Shown piece after piece: positions 39,018 to 49,084 of a stretch of DNA of 64,000 nucleotides. Source of the DNA: Candidatus Berkelbacteria bacterium (GTDB lineage: Bacteria; Patescibacteriota; UBA1384; XYA2-FULL-43-10; CAINNR01); NCBI GenBank assembly GCA_037142675.1, contig JBAXAF010000001.1:28543-92542 (forward strand). The letters are read 5' to 3'. A model generated the notes under the pieces. That model did no database searches. It was not told the DNA's origin and saw only the letters and a program-made list of their open reading frames with translations. How positions within the stretch are numbered: the stretch's first letter is position 1; every line of letters begins with the position of its first letter. The translations under genes were made by a program, and so were the position numbers.

Positions 39018-41948
39018 ATGTCATTTAAAAAGGTTGATCCACAACTTAACTTACCGAAACTTGAGGAGAAAATCCTTAAATTTTGGGATGAGAATAAAAC
39101 CTTCCAGAAATCTTTGGATATTCGCAAGGACGCGCCACGATACACTTTTTATGACGGGCCGCCATTCGCCACTGGAACGCCTCACTACGGCCATATTCCC
39201 TCATCACTAATGAAAGATGCTGTACCGCGTTATTGGACAATGAAGGGCAAACTGGTAGAGCGCAAGTGGGGTTGGGATTGTCATGGGCTGCCAATTGAGA
39301 ACATTGCTGAAAAAGAACTTGGAATTAAAACTAAAAAAGAGATCGAAGAAATTGGTGTAGATAAGTTCAACGAATTTTGCAGGTCAAAAGTTTTGGGTTA
39401 TGTTGATGAATGGAAAAAAGTTATTCGTCGTATGGGGCGCTGGGCTGATATGGACAACGCCTACAAAACAATGGATTTGGATTACATGGAGTCGGTTTGG
39501 TCAGTTTTTAAAGATTTATATGACAAAGATTTGATTTATGAAGGCTATCGCTCCATGCATATTTGCCCTCGTTGCGAGACCACTTTGTCGCAATCTGAAG
39601 TTGCAGAGGGCTACAAAGATATTAAAGATTTGTCAGTAATCGCAAAATTTCATTTAGATGCTGGCCAGAAATTCGGCGATCATGAAACAAAAGATGCGGC
39701 ATATATTTTGGCGTGGACTACTACCCCGTGGACATTGATAGGAAATGTTGCATTGGCTGTTGGAGCTGACATAAAATATTCTGCACTTAGAATTAATGGC
39801 ATCAAAGAACTACTAATATTGGCATCAGATAGAGTGGAAGACGTTACTAAGGATAATGATATTGAAATTGTTCACGATGATATCAAAGGATCGGATTTAG
39901 TCGGATTAAAATATCAGCCGTTATTCGATGTTGATAAAAATGTCAAAAATGCTGAAAATGGATGGTGTGTTGTTGCGGCCGATTTTGTAACTACCGAAGA
40001 TGGCACCGGCGTTGTTCATATTGCTCCGGCATTTGGTGAAGACGATATGAATTTGGGAAAAAAATTAGATTTGCCATTTATTCAGCACGTCGGTATGGAT
40101 GGAATTATCAAGCCTGGTTACGGCGAATTCTCTGGTTTGTCAGTCAAGCCGGCAGAGGATGTCCAGTCTACTGATGTTGCCATTATTAAATACCTTGCCG
40201 GAAAAAATTTATTATTCGATAAAAAGCAATACGAGCATTCATATCCGCACTGTTGGCGTTGTGACACTCCACTAATTAACTACGCAACATCTTCCTGGTT
40301 TGTGGCAGTTGAAAAAGTAAAAACTCAAGCTTTGGAGTTAGCAAAAGACATTAATTGGTCGCCAAAACATGTAAAGGCCGGGCGTTTTGGCATGTGGCTA
40401 GAAGGTGCACGCGACTGGTCAATTTCAAGGCAGAGATATTGGGCATCAGTAATGCCTATTTGGAAATGCGAAAAATGCAACGAAATAAAAGTTGTTGGAT
40501 CAGTTTCCCAGTTAGAAGAATTATCTGGCGAAAAGGTGACCGATTTGCATAAACATATTGTTGACAAAATTTCTTTCAAATGTGAAAAATGTAACAGCGA
40601 AATGAAACGAATCCCTGATGTTTTGGACACCTGGTTTGATTCCGGTTCAATGCCATACGCCCAAATGCATTATCCCTTTGAAAATAAAGAAAAATTTGAA
40701 AATAATTTTCCTGCGGATTTTATTGCTGAGGGCGTGGACCAAACTCGCGCTTGGTTTTATTATTTACATATTTTAGCGACTGCAACCCAGCATAAACCAG
40801 CTTTCAAAAATGTTATTGTTAACGGTATTGTTTTGGCCGAGGATGGCAAGAAGATGTCAAAGCGATTGCAGAATTATCCTGACCCAATGGAGATGTTTAA
40901 TAAATATGGCGCTGATGTAATGCGGATGTATTTCCTGACTTCACCTGTTGTTGCCGCTGAAAATTTGAATTTTTCAGAATCTGATATGTCAGAATTCTCC
41001 CGTGGTATGTTTAGGATGCTGTGGAATTCGTATTATTTTTTCATACTTTATGTGACAACTGATAATTGGACCCCGGCAGAAAATTATAAGCCGGGCAACT
41101 TGCTAGATGTTTGGATCGTTTCCAAACTTGAAACTTTGAATCTGGAAATTGAGAAAAACATGCAAGCGTATAACTTACCAGGGGCGACCAGATTGTTTGC
41201 GGAATTTATTGATGAGCTTTCAAATTGGTATATACGCAGAAGCAGAAAAAGATTTTGGAAGTCAGAAAACGATGACGATAAAAATGCAGCGTACGCTACT
41301 TTGCATTATGTTTTAACAAAATTATCTCAACTTTTGGCACCATTCGCACCATTTGTTTCTGAAGAAATTTATCAAAATTTGACTGGCAAAGAATCAGTTC
41401 ACTTGTCTGATTTTCCAGTCGCAAACAAGGGCTTTATTAAAGACGATGTTATTGCTGACATGGATTTAGCGCGAAAAATTGTCGAGCTTGGTCTTTCCAA
41501 AAGAGCAGAAGCGGCAATTAAAGTTCGCCAGCCGCTTATGACGATTAAATACAAGGCTAAACAATTGTCTGTGGAGCTGGAATCAATTATTGCAAGTGAG
41601 GTCAATGTTAGAAGCATATATTATGACAAGGAAATTTCTGATGATATTGAGCTGGACACGCAGTTGTCTGATGATCTAATTTTGGAAGGCAAGGCGCGAG
41701 AATTTGTTAGAATTGTTCAGGGGTTACGCAAAAAAGCCGACTTTGATATCTCTGATAGAATAGAAACTTACTATATAACTGAAGACCAGACACTTTTAAG
41801 CGCAATTTCTAAAGAATTGGAATATATCAAAAAAGAAACCTTGTCCGAGAAGTTGGAAGGCAAAAGAAATGATTCTTTAGATATCTCTGAGGAGTCTAAA
41901 ATTGATGGGGTAAGCATATTTATTGGGGCAAGAAGGACTAAAACATAA
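39018..41948 (+). CDS. ileS: Isoleucyl-tRNA synthetase
   Basis: HIGH (PHYGHI) and KMSKRL motifs, CP1 editing domain, C-terminal zinc CxxC pairs; start at MSFKK (RBS GGGA at 8 nt) rather than the upstream ATG that abuts GGAG. Confidence 0.9.
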   Translation: MSFKKVDPQLNLPKLEEKILKFWDENKTFQKSLDIRKDAPRYTFYDGPPFATGTPHYGHIPSSLMKDAVPRYWTMKGKLVERKWGWDCHGLPIENIAEKELGIKTKKEIEEIGVDKFNEFCRSKVLGYVDEWKKVIRRMGRWADMDNAYKTMDLDYMESVWSVFKDLYDKDLIYEGYRSMHICPRCETTLSQSEVAEGYKDIKDLSVIAKFHLDAGQKFGDHETKDAAYILAWTTTPWTLIGNVALAVGADIKYSALRINGIKELLILASDRVEDVTKDNDIEIVHDDIKGSDLVGLKYQPLFDVDKNVKNAENGWCVVAADFVTTEDGTGVVHIAPAFGEDDMNLGKKLDLPFIQHVGMDGIIKPGYGEFSGLSVKPAEDVQSTDVAIIKYLAGKNLLFDKKQYEHSYPHCWRCDTPLINYATSSWFVAVEKVKTQALELAKDINWSPKHVKAGRFGMWLEGARDWSISRQRYWASVMPIWKCEKCNEIKVVGSVSQLEELSGEKVTDLHKHIVDKISFKCEKCNSEMKRIPDVLDTWFDSGSMPYAQMHYPFENKEKFENNFPADFIAEGVDQTRAWFYYLHILATATQHKPAFKNVIVNGIVLAEDGKKMSKRLQNYPDPMEMFNKYGADVMRMYFLTSPVVAAENLNFSESDMSEFSRGMFRMLWNSYYFFILYVTTDNWTPAENYKPGNLLDVWIVSKLETLNLEIEKNMQAYNLPGATRLFAEFIDELSNWYIRRSRKRFWKSENDDDKNAAYATLHYVLTKLSQLLAPFAPFVSEEIYQNLTGKESVHLSDFPVANKGFIKDDVIADMDLARKIVELGLSKRAEAAIKVRQPLMTIKYKAKQLSVELESIIASEVNVRSIYYDKEISDDIELDTQLSDDLILEGKAREFVRIVQGLRKKADFDISDRIETYYITEDQTLLSAISKELEYIKKETLSEKLEGKRNDSLDISEESKIDGVSIFIGARRTKT

Positions 41949-43073
41949 ATGTTTGCGAAACTCAGGGGTCTAGATTTTCCGCTGCTGATCACTTCTACTC
42001 TTTTATCGTTTGTCGGAATTGCCGTAATTTACAGTTTGGTTTTTGCTCAAGTTGAAAGCAATTTGGCTCTAAAGCAATTAATATTTTTTTTAATTGGTTT
42101 GGTAATATTGTTTGCGCTCGCAAATTTTGACTACAGAATACTTTCTGGTACTAGCTGGTATTTATATTTAATTGTGATTGCTCTTTTGGTTATAGTTGAT
42201 CTATTTGGAAAAACTACCGGTGGGGCAACCCGCTGGATTGACCTGAAAATCTTTCAACTACAGCCTTCGGAATTTTATAAATTTGTTTCTGTTATCTTTA
42301 TGGCGTCCTTTCTTTCCCGCCGGCTTGGTCGGGTAAAAACTGCGGATATTTTGTATATGTTTTTAATGTTATTGCCGCCATTGTTTTTGGTGCTGATTGA
42401 ACCGGATTTGGGAACAGCATTGGTGATTATTTTTTCCTGGTTTGTGATGATTATTTTTTCAAAATTAACCGCAAAGCAGTATGTGCTGATTTTCGGCTCT
42501 CTGGTAGCTTTAATTGCTATATTCTTTTTGTCGGTCTACAAAATCCCACCCTTTACACCACTGCTTATGGATTATCAACGCACAAGGGTTGAAACATTAA
42601 TTCATCCATCAAAGGACAAAAAATACATTTATGAAAAAGGATACAATGTTGCTCAGGCTCAAATTGCCATCGGTTCTGGTGGAATATTCGGTAGAGGTTT
42701 AAGTCACGGTTCGCAATCTCAGCTACAATTCTTGCCAAAACCGGAGACCGACTTTATTTTTTCTAGTTATTCCGAAGCTTTTGGGTTGATTGGGGGCTTA
42801 ATATTATTGGCAGCTTTTGTACATCTTCTTATTCGGACGATTGACGTTGCAAGGTTGGCGAAAGATAACTTCGGATATCTTTTGGCGGTTGGCGCTGGGG
42901 CAACTTTTGCTTTCCAAATTGTCGTGAATGTTGCTATGAATTTAGGCTTGGCTCCCGTCACAGGGATACCACTACCATTTGTCAGTGCTGGCGGTTCTTC
43001 GCTTATTACATCGTTCATTCTAATCGGCATATTAGAAAGTATTTATATCCATCGGAAGAAACTCAGCTTTTAA
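41949..43073 (+). CDS. SEDS-family peptidoglycan polymerase (FtsW/RodA)
   Basis: About ten TMs, conserved SEDS C-terminal motifs (PLPFVSAGGSS). Confidence 0.8.
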   Translation: MFAKLRGLDFPLLITSTLLSFVGIAVIYSLVFAQVESNLALKQLIFFLIGLVILFALANFDYRILSGTSWYLYLIVIALLVIVDLFGKTTGGATRWIDLKIFQLQPSEFYKFVSVIFMASFLSRRLGRVKTADILYMFLMLLPPLFLVLIEPDLGTALVIIFSWFVMIIFSKLTAKQYVLIFGSLVALIAIFFLSVYKIPPFTPLLMDYQRTRVETLIHPSKDKKYIYEKGYNVAQAQIAIGSGGIFGRGLSHGSQSQLQFLPKPETDFIFSSYSEAFGLIGGLILLAAFVHLLIRTIDVARLAKDNFGYLLAVGAGATFAFQIVVNVAMNLGLAPVTGIPLPFVSAGGSSLITSFILIGILESIYIHRKKLSF

Positions 43074-43152
43074 CCTCTTGACTATTTTTTCTGAATTTGC
43101 TAAGATTAGTTTGTATTCCGTCGGGGATTTTTTAAATTAGAGGGTTGAAATT

Positions 43153-43188
43153 ATCTATCAGTAGATTCCCGTTTCAGCGGGAATGACA
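43153..43188 (+). repeat. Family-1 element, right half only (ATCTATCAGTAGATTCCCG-TTTCAG-CGGGAATGACA)
   Basis: Matches the right hairpin and terminus of copies C/D with a compensatory stem; abuts the rplU RBS AGGAG. Confidence 0.5.
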
Positions 43189-43200
43189 GGAGCTCATATA

Positions 43201-43518
43201 ATGTTCGCAATCGTAAGCCTTGCTGGCAAGCAGTTTACTGTTGAAACTGGCAAGAAAATCAAAATTGATTCCAAGCTAGAATCCAAAGACATGAAAATTA
43301 AACTTTCTGAGGTTTTGTTAATTGCCGACGAAAAAAAACTAATTATCGGCAAGCCTACAGTTGACGGTGCTTCAGTTGATGCTGAAATTTTGGAAGAGAA
43401 AAAAGCAGCAAAAGTTTTGATCGTTAAGCATCATCCGAAAAAAAGGTACAGACGAACAATTGGCCACAGACAAGATCTAACAACTTTAAAAATCCTAAAA
43501 ATAAATGAAGGAAAATAA
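43201..43518 (+). CDS. rplU: 50S ribosomal protein L21
   Basis: MFAIVSLAGKQFTV...KHHPKKRYRRTIGHRQDLT matches the L21 pattern; RBS AGGAG. Confidence 0.8.
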   Translation: MFAIVSLAGKQFTVETGKKIKIDSKLESKDMKIKLSEVLLIADEKKLIIGKPTVDGASVDAEILEEKKAAKVLIVKHHPKKRYRRTIGHRQDLTTLKILKINEGK

Positions 43519-43702
43519 AGTAACCAAATATTTTATTGACTCGTATCTTGAGCTAAAGAAAGTTACCTGGCCAACACGAAAACAGCTCATTCGAGATACC
43601 CTAATTGTAATCGTTTCAGCTGCTATCGCTACGGCAATTTTGGCACTAATAGACTTAGGACTAACAAATACATTGCAATATTTTGTTTCTTTGAAAGGAT
43701 AA
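43505..43702 (+). CDS. secE: Preprotein translocase subunit SecE
   Basis: 65 aa, single C-terminal TM, ELKKVTWPTRKQ motif, upstream of nusG. Confidence 0.75.
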   Translation: MKENKVTKYFIDSYLELKKVTWPTRKQLIRDTLIVIVSAAIATAILALIDLGLTNTLQYFVSLKG

Positions 43703-43705
43703 ATT

Positions 43706-44371
43706 ATGACAAGCTCAAAATCCAAAGCTGAAGATCCACAAGTTGAAGAAGTAAAATCTGAAGTTGTTGATGTTGAAGAATCTGCGGCAGAGGAAATTCC
43801 AGCTGAGGAAGTTAAGCCGACAATTTTGAAAACCAACCGTCAGTCTGGTGAGCGCAACTGGTATGTGATTCATACTTATTCTGGCTACGAAGAGCAGGTA
43901 TCAGACAATCTAAAACAACGGATTGAATCATTTGGCATGGAAGATAAAATTTTTGATGTTATCGTTCCGAAAGAAAAACAAATTGAAATCCGAAACGGTA
44001 AACGCAGAACTGTTGAGAAAAGAATATTTCCAGGTTATGTTTTGGTTGATATGATAGTCGATGATGATTCTTGGTATGTTGTTAGAAATACACCAAACGT
44101 CACCGGCTTTATTGGCTTCGGCGTTAGACCGACACCAATGTCAATCGAAGAAATTGAACGAATCAAAAAACGAATGGGCGTTGAAGAACCAAAATATAAA
44201 ATTGAATTCACAATTGGTGACTTGGTTAAAATCACCGACGGCGCACTTAAAGGATTTGACGCTAAGGTTGAAGATATTGATCACGAAAAAGGTAAGATTA
44301 AAGTTTTGGTTAATATGTTTGGACGCGAGACCCCAGTGAATCTCGACTTCCTGCAAGTAAAGAAAGTATAA
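43706..44371 (+). CDS. nusG: Transcription antiterminator NusG with acidic N-terminal extension
   Basis: NGN domain ([11 protein letters not shown]) and C-terminal KOW ([18 protein letters not shown]). Confidence 0.85.
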   Translation: MTSSKSKAEDPQVEEVKSEVVDVEESAAEEIPAEEVKPTILKTNRQSGERNWYVIHTYSGYEEQVSDNLKQRIESFGMEDKIFDVIVPKEKQIEIRNGKRRTVEKRIFPGYVLVDMIVDDDSWYVVRNTPNVTGFIGFGVRPTPMSIEEIERIKKRMGVEEPKYKIEFTIGDLVKITDGALKGFDAKVEDIDHEKGKIKVLVNMFGRETPVNLDFLQVKKV

Positions 44372-44381
44372 GGAAAAAACA

Positions 44382-44807
44382 ATGGCAAAAGAAGTAAAAG
44401 CAATAATTAAATTACAGTGTGCTGCCGGTAAAGCTAACCCAGCACCACCAGTTGGCCCAGCTTTGGGACAGCATGGTGTAAACATTATGGAATTTTGTAA
44501 TTCCTTTAATGAGCAAACCAGAGAATTAGGTGACACTATTATTCCGGTAGAAATAACAGTTTTCGAAGATCGAACTTTTTCTTTCATCTTGAAAAATCCA
44601 CCAGCAGCAATTCTATTGAAAAAAGCTATCAATATTGAAAAGGGTTCAGGAAGCTCAAAAAAAGAAAAAGTTGGTAAAATTTCTCAGGCAAAACTTCGAG
44701 AAATCGCTGAAATTAAATTACCGGACTTAAATGCTAAAACCGTAGACGCAGCAATGAATACTTTGGCTGGAACTGCAAAGAACATGGGTATCGAAGTAGA
44801 GAAGTGA
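44382..44807 (+). CDS. rplK: 50S ribosomal protein L11
   Basis: [39 protein letters not shown] - canonical L11 N-terminus. Confidence 0.9.
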   Translation: MAKEVKAIIKLQCAAGKANPAPPVGPALGQHGVNIMEFCNSFNEQTRELGDTIIPVEITVFEDRTFSFILKNPPAAILLKKAINIEKGSGSSKKEKVGKISQAKLREIAEIKLPDLNAKTVDAAMNTLAGTAKNMGIEVEK

Positions 44808-44815
44808 CCCATTGG

Positions 44816-44881
44816 GTCATCCCGCACTTGATGCGGGATCCACAAATAGTTTAGTAGATTCCCGCCTTCGCGGGAATGACA
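44816..44881 (+). repeat. Family-1 double-hairpin element, copy C (GTCAT-[CCCGCA..TGCGGG]-spacer-[ATTCCCGC..GCGGGAAT]-GACA)
   Basis: Same architecture and spacer (ATCCACAAATAGTTTAGTAG) as copy D; both stems differ from copies A/B but remain paired. Confidence 0.6.
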
Positions 44882-44890
44882 TTGAATACA

Positions 44891-44926
44891 AAAATCTCCC
44901 TATGAAAACAGGGAGATTTTTGGTAG
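44891..44926 (+). terminator. Intrinsic terminator after rplK
   Basis: AAATCTCCCT-ATGAAAAC-AGGGAGATTT 10-bp stem followed by TTTTGG. Confidence 0.55.
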
Positions 44927-46908
44927 AATGGTATGTTAGTCAAAAAAATCGCACCTACTTTGCTATCCACGACCCGTTTAAGCCAAAGGAGGGGCAAAGG
45001 CTTTCTAGATACGTAGATAGCAAATTAGATACGATTACTATTAACTTAATCATAGCAAAATTGTCAGCGATGTCAAATAAAACTCTAAAGATAGAAAACG
45101 GTCAAAGTATGAAAATTGATGATCTTATCATAGGTCTTCATACTTTGGGTTATGAGCGAGTCGAACACTTGACTAACTTTGGGCAGTTTTCTGTTTCTGG
45201 TGGGCTAGTAACGATTTACTCTTCAGCTAATTTTTATCCAATAACACTGGATTTTTTTGGCAACCAGATTGATCAAATTTATTCATTTGATATTTTAACT
45301 AATTACAAAAAGGAAAAAATCAGTTCGCTAGAAATTGCTGACAACAAAATTAAGTTAGATGAGAATATTGTTAAGCCTGCAGAACTAGTAGTCCATATTG
45401 ACCACGGAATTGGAATATATCGTGGCAGGATCTTAAAAAAATTGGGGGCAAAATGTCAGGAATTTTTAGCCATTGAATATGCAAATGGCGATTTTTTGTA
45501 TGTGCCAGAGAAAGTTATTGCCAAATTAACAAAGTATCTTGGTATCAGTCGAAAAACTCCGCGACTCTCAAGATTGGGTTCTACCGTTTGGGAAAAAACT
45601 AGAAAAAAAATTGAGGAAAGTATTTTAGCCCTGGCCAAAGAGTTGCTGTTGGTATATGCCAAAAGAGAGCTCATTACCCGACCAAAATATAAGATTGATC
45701 TTGCCTGGGATAAGAAATTAAAAGCAACTTTTAAACACATCGAAACTCCTGATCAAGAGCGAGCAATTTCAGAAATTTACCAAGACTTAGAGTTGGGCCG
45801 TCCAATGGACAGGCTGCTAATCGGTGATGTTGGATTTGGTAAAACCGAAGTTGCTGTTCGGGCTGCTGCTCAGGTAATTGAAAATGGTGGCCAGGTGGCA
45901 ATTTTGGCCCCAACAACAATCCTTTCCCGTCAGCATTTTGTTACCATTACCGATCGACTAAAGGACTTGCCAATTCAGGTTGCTGAGCTTTCAAGGTTCG
46001 TCAAGAGACAAGATCAAGAAAAAATTGTCGCCGGTTTAAAATCTGGAAAGATTGACTTGGTTGTTGGAACTCACCGGCTGATTAAATCGGATATTGCTTT
46101 CAAAAATCTTGGTCTCTTAATCGTTGATGAGGAACAACGGTTTGGTGTCAAAGACAAAGAAAAATTGAAAGGTTTCAAAAACGATGTCGATATTTTATCC
46201 CTTTCGGCGACTCCAATTCCTAGAACGTTGTTTATTTCACTCTCCGGAATTCGCCAGCTTTCAGTTATCAAAACTCCACCAGCCGGACGCAGGCCAATTG
46301 AAACTAAAATTGAAAAGTACGATGTCAAAAAAATTGAAGAGTATATGCTGTTAGAATTAAATCGTGGCGGTCAAGTATATTTTCTTCACAATGATGTCAA
46401 AACTATTGAAGCCAGAGCGGCAGAATTTCGTCGAATTTTTCCCAAAGCAAATATTGCCGTTGGTCATGGGCAGATGCCTGAAGAAAAACTGTCACAAGTT
46501 ATGGCCGATTTTGCGGCAATGAAAATTGATATTTTGTTTTGCTCAACAATCATTGAAAATGGTTTAGATATTCCAACAGCTAATACTTTGATAGTCGAGG
46601 ATGCTGATAATTTTGGATTGTCGCAGCTGTACCAAATTCGGGGACGAATCGGCAGGGGAGAGAATCAGGCATTTTCTTATTTCACATACAAAAAAAATCT
46701 AGTTGGTAATGCTTACAAAAGATTGCAGGCCTTGGCCGAAAAGACTGATTTAGGTAGTGGTTTTGATATTGCCTATTCCGACTTGGAAATTCGTGGTGGT
46801 GGTAACATTTTAGGCAAAGAACAACATGGAAACATGGAAGAACTTGGATTGATACTATATACAAAGCTTTTAAATCAAGCAGTTGGAAGATTAAAGTCGA
46901 AGAAATAA
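44902..46908 (+). CDS. mfd: Transcription-repair coupling factor, N-terminally truncated relative to canonical Mfd (start uncertain; 44902 lies in the terminator loop, next in-frame ATG 45070)
   Basis: UvrB-like D1b block (GQFSVSGGLVTIYS..ITLDFFGNQIDQIYSFD), CarD/RID domain (HIDHGIGIYRG), SF2 translocase motifs (GDVGFGKTEVA, DEEQRFG, TRG-like) ; only about 25 aa after motif VI. Confidence 0.65.
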   Translation: MKTGRFLVEWYVSQKNRTYFAIHDPFKPKEGQRLSRYVDSKLDTITINLIIAKLSAMSNKTLKIENGQSMKIDDLIIGLHTLGYERVEHLTNFGQFSVSGGLVTIYSSANFYPITLDFFGNQIDQIYSFDILTNYKKEKISSLEIADNKIKLDENIVKPAELVVHIDHGIGIYRGRILKKLGAKCQEFLAIEYANGDFLYVPEKVIAKLTKYLGISRKTPRLSRLGSTVWEKTRKKIEESILALAKELLLVYAKRELITRPKYKIDLAWDKKLKATFKHIETPDQERAISEIYQDLELGRPMDRLLIGDVGFGKTEVAVRAAAQVIENGGQVAILAPTTILSRQHFVTITDRLKDLPIQVAELSRFVKRQDQEKIVAGLKSGKIDLVVGTHRLIKSDIAFKNLGLLIVDEEQRFGVKDKEKLKGFKNDVDILSLSATPIPRTLFISLSGIRQLSVIKTPPAGRRPIETKIEKYDVKKIEEYMLLELNRGGQVYFLHNDVKTIEARAAEFRRIFPKANIAVGHGQMPEEKLSQVMADFAAMKIDILFCSTIIENGLDIPTANTLIVEDADNFGLSQLYQIRGRIGRGENQAFSYFTYKKNLVGNAYKRLQALAEKTDLGSGFDIAYSDLEIRGGGNILGKEQHGNMEELGLILYTKLLNQAVGRLKSKK

Positions 46909-46942
46909 AATACTCTGGGCTGAAGCCACAGAGTATTTTTTA
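46908..46942 (+). terminator. Intrinsic terminator after mfd
   Basis: AATACTCTG-GGCTGAAGCCA-CAGAGTATT plus T6. Confidence 0.55.
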
Positions 46943-47020
46943 GCGCTCTGTATGCTTTCAGCTTCATTATTAATCGCTTCATCCTCGAACTAAAGTTTGA
47001 GGTTTTCGCTATCTTGTTAT

Positions 47021-47052
47021 AAAAAACACCGCCCATTACGTCGGACGGTGTG
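47021..47052 (-). terminator. Intrinsic terminator after the GC-rich gene 47080..47508, followed by TTTTTTATAACAAGAT
   Basis: CACCG..CGGTG hairpin plus T-run on the minus strand. Confidence 0.5.
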
Positions 47053-47079
47053 ACAACTCGGAAAGTTGTCGGGTTCGCG

Positions 47080-47508
47080 CTAGAAGCCGTTGGTGTGATC
47101 ACCGCTCTGATGACCAGCCGGCGGGTCGGTGAGGCGAAGGTCATTCGGATCGGGTTGCGGCGGGATGCCATGTTGAGGAGGTGGGGCATTCTTGTTCAAG
47201 GCCTCAATCATAGCGCGGTCGTCGATTACAACTGTGATGATCGGTCCAGAACTGTCATGAACTGGTGCCAGTGCCGCTTGCGCAGGTGATGGCGACCGCT
47301 TGACAGCCTGGTACTGCTCCTCGTCGACCATTACCATCCAGCGATACCACCGACCAAGGTGGTCAAGTTTCCAGACAATGTCGGAGCCGGTGACCTTTCC
47401 GACCTGGTTGGAGCGGCAGAGCCGATAGTTGTCCATGCCGGCCGAAATGCCAAACAGGACAACCGCTACCCACAGAACCAACCCGATAAACGTCAGGTTA
47501 TCTTTCAT
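47080..47508 (-). CDS. Hypothetical membrane-anchored protein from a high-GC ORF
   Basis: Start MKDNLTF with RBS GAGGCGAGAG; N-terminal TM FIGLVLWVAVVLFGI; Pro-rich C-terminus. Confidence 0.45.
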   Translation of the reverse strand: MKDNLTFIGLVLWVAVVLFGISAGMDNYRLCRSNQVGKVTGSDIVWKLDHLGRWYRWMVMVDEEQYQAVKRSPSPAQAALAPVHDSSGPIITVVIDDRAMIEALNKNAPPPQHGIPPQPDPNDLRLTDPPAGHQSGDHTNGF

Positions 47509-47622
47509 CTCTCGCCTCACTACGTGTGATTTTCAGCGTATGTATAAACTATAGCACATTATCATAAAAAAGTCAACTAAAAAATGCCTTCGATACTTTA
47601 TCTCAGGCATTTTTCGATCAAT

Positions 47623-47838
47623 TTAGAACTTGTCTATGTATGGATTTGGGGCATCTTCTTTACCAGTGAGCTTTTTCATTGCCTTGGCGACCCTGGCCTC
47701 TTCTGGAGTCCGATAAGTTACAGGCTCAGACGGCAATAATTCTCTCTTTAGTGGTTCAGCTTTTGACATTGATGGTGGTAGTGGAGCTGGATCATTGTAC
47801 TCAAACCCTATTTGTCCTCCGGCTTCAGGATTTCCCAT
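47623..47838 (-). CDS. Small hypothetical protein (71 aa)
   Basis: Strong RBS GAGGAGG 4-5 nt before ATG; intrinsic terminator (47577-47615) directly after the stop. Confidence 0.45.
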   Translation of the reverse strand: MGNPEAGGQIGFEYNDPAPLPPSMSKAEPLKRELLPSEPVTYRTPEEARVAKAMKKLTGKEDAPNPYIDKF

Positions 47839-47893
47839 AGTGCCTCCTCAAAAATATATATTTAAGTTACTATTATAGTATAGCAAAAAAATT

Positions 47894-47964
47894 TGTCATC
47901 CTCGGACGGCGTAGCCAGATCCGGGGATCCACTAATAGTAGATTCCCGCCTTTGCGGGAATGAC
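47894..47964 (+). repeat. Family-1 double-hairpin element, copy D (left hairpin with enlarged loop)
   Basis: TGTCATCCTCGGA-CGGCGTAGCCAGA-TCCGGGGATCCACTAATAGTAGATTCCCGC-CTTT-GCGGGAATGAC; abuts the dprA RBS GGGGGAAAG. Confidence 0.6.
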
Positions 47965-47974
47965 GGGGGAAAGT

Positions 47975-49084
47975 ATGACCAGAGTTCTATCGGAAACTGA
48001 AAAAGAAGCCTTGTTGATTTTGGATCAAAGCCCAAAAGTTGGGGCGAAAACTTTAAAAAAGGTAATCCATCATTATAAAAATGACTTGACAAAAGTTTTA
48101 GTGGATTCGAAGGAAAACTTGTCTAATTTTTTTCTCGGCGCACCGCTTGAAGGGATTATTGAAGCGAGAAAATTGAAACTGGATAAAAGGGTTTATGAAA
48201 AGCTCAATATTGCCCCGGTGTTTTTTGGCGAAAAGGCATATTCTAAACTTTTATCTGAAATATTTGATCCGCCGATAATTTTGTATTGTCGCGGTAATAT
48301 TGAACTTCTGAACACAATTTCTATCGCCGTTGTTGGTAGCAGAAAATATACCAGTTACTCGAAATCAGTGTTGGATAAAATTATTCCCTCATTAGTATCT
48401 GCCGATGTTACAATAATTTCCGGTTTGGCACTTGGCGTTGACGGTATGGCCCACTATTTAACTTTAGAAAATAGTGGCAAGACAATTGGAGTTTTAGGTT
48501 GCGGCGTCGATGAAATATACCCAACATCAAATCGTCAGTTGGGCGAGCGAATGCTGAATAGCGGCGGACTCATAATTTCTGAATTTCCGCCGGGTACGCC
48601 GCCATTGAAACAAAATTTTCCGCTGCGTAACCGAATCATCGCTGGGATGTCTTCAGGAACATTTGTCGTTGAAGCCAGACATGATTCCGGATCACTAATC
48701 ACCGCCGGTTTGGCCAATGAATATGGCAGGGAAGTTTTTGCCGTGCCGGGGAACATTGACAGTTTTGCTTCCGAAGGAACAAACGAATTAATTAAACAAG
48801 GCGCAAAAATGGTAACTGGCGCCGCTGACATTTTATCCGAACTCGATATTGCATTTTCTGTCGGCAAAAGCTCGATTATCATGCCGGAAAATATTGAGGA
48901 AGAAAAAATCTTTAAAGCCATTGAACTTGAGGCACTTGAAGTTGACAAAATCTCGAAATTAACTAAGCTGGATATTGTGACAGTAAATTCGCTAATGTCA
49001 GTTTTCGAGATTTCTGGTAAAGTAGAAAAAGTCGGAGGCGGATTTCGTTTGAGGGGAAAATTAAAAACAAAAGGAGCTGAATGA
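47975..49084 (+). CDS. dprA: DNA processing protein DprA (Smf)
   Basis: Rossmann-like core GSRKYTSY..GLALGVDG..GGLIISEFPPGT; the conserved dprA-topA gene pair. Confidence 0.85.
   Translation: MTRVLSETEKEALLILDQSPKVGAKTLKKVIHHYKNDLTKVLVDSKENLSNFFLGAPLEGIIEARKLKLDKRVYEKLNIAPVFFGEKAYSKLLSEIFDPPIILYCRGNIELLNTISIAVVGSRKYTSYSKSVLDKIIPSLVSADVTIISGLALGVDGMAHYLTLENSGKTIGVLGCGVDEIYPTSNRQLGERMLNSGGLIISEFPPGTPPLKQNFPLRNRIIAGMSSGTFVVEARHDSGSLITAGLANEYGREVFAVPGNIDSFASEGTNELIKQGAKMVTGAADILSELDIAFSVGKSSIIMPENIEEEKIFKAIELEALEVDKISKLTKLDIVTVNSLMSVFEISGKVEKVGGGFRLRGKLKTKGAE

Noticed and set aside
43495-43836. 113-aa minus-strand ORF over secE/nusG, and the comparable small antisense ORFs inside PBP, argS, ileS, topA and pilB
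   Set aside because: They are embedded antisense in conserved genes, which is the typical six-frame noise of AT-rich DNA.
44812-44901. N-terminal 30 codons of the track's mfd ORF (MGHPALDAGSTNSLVDSRLRGND...)
   Set aside because: This is a translation of the family-1 repeat element and the rplK terminator, not coding sequence.
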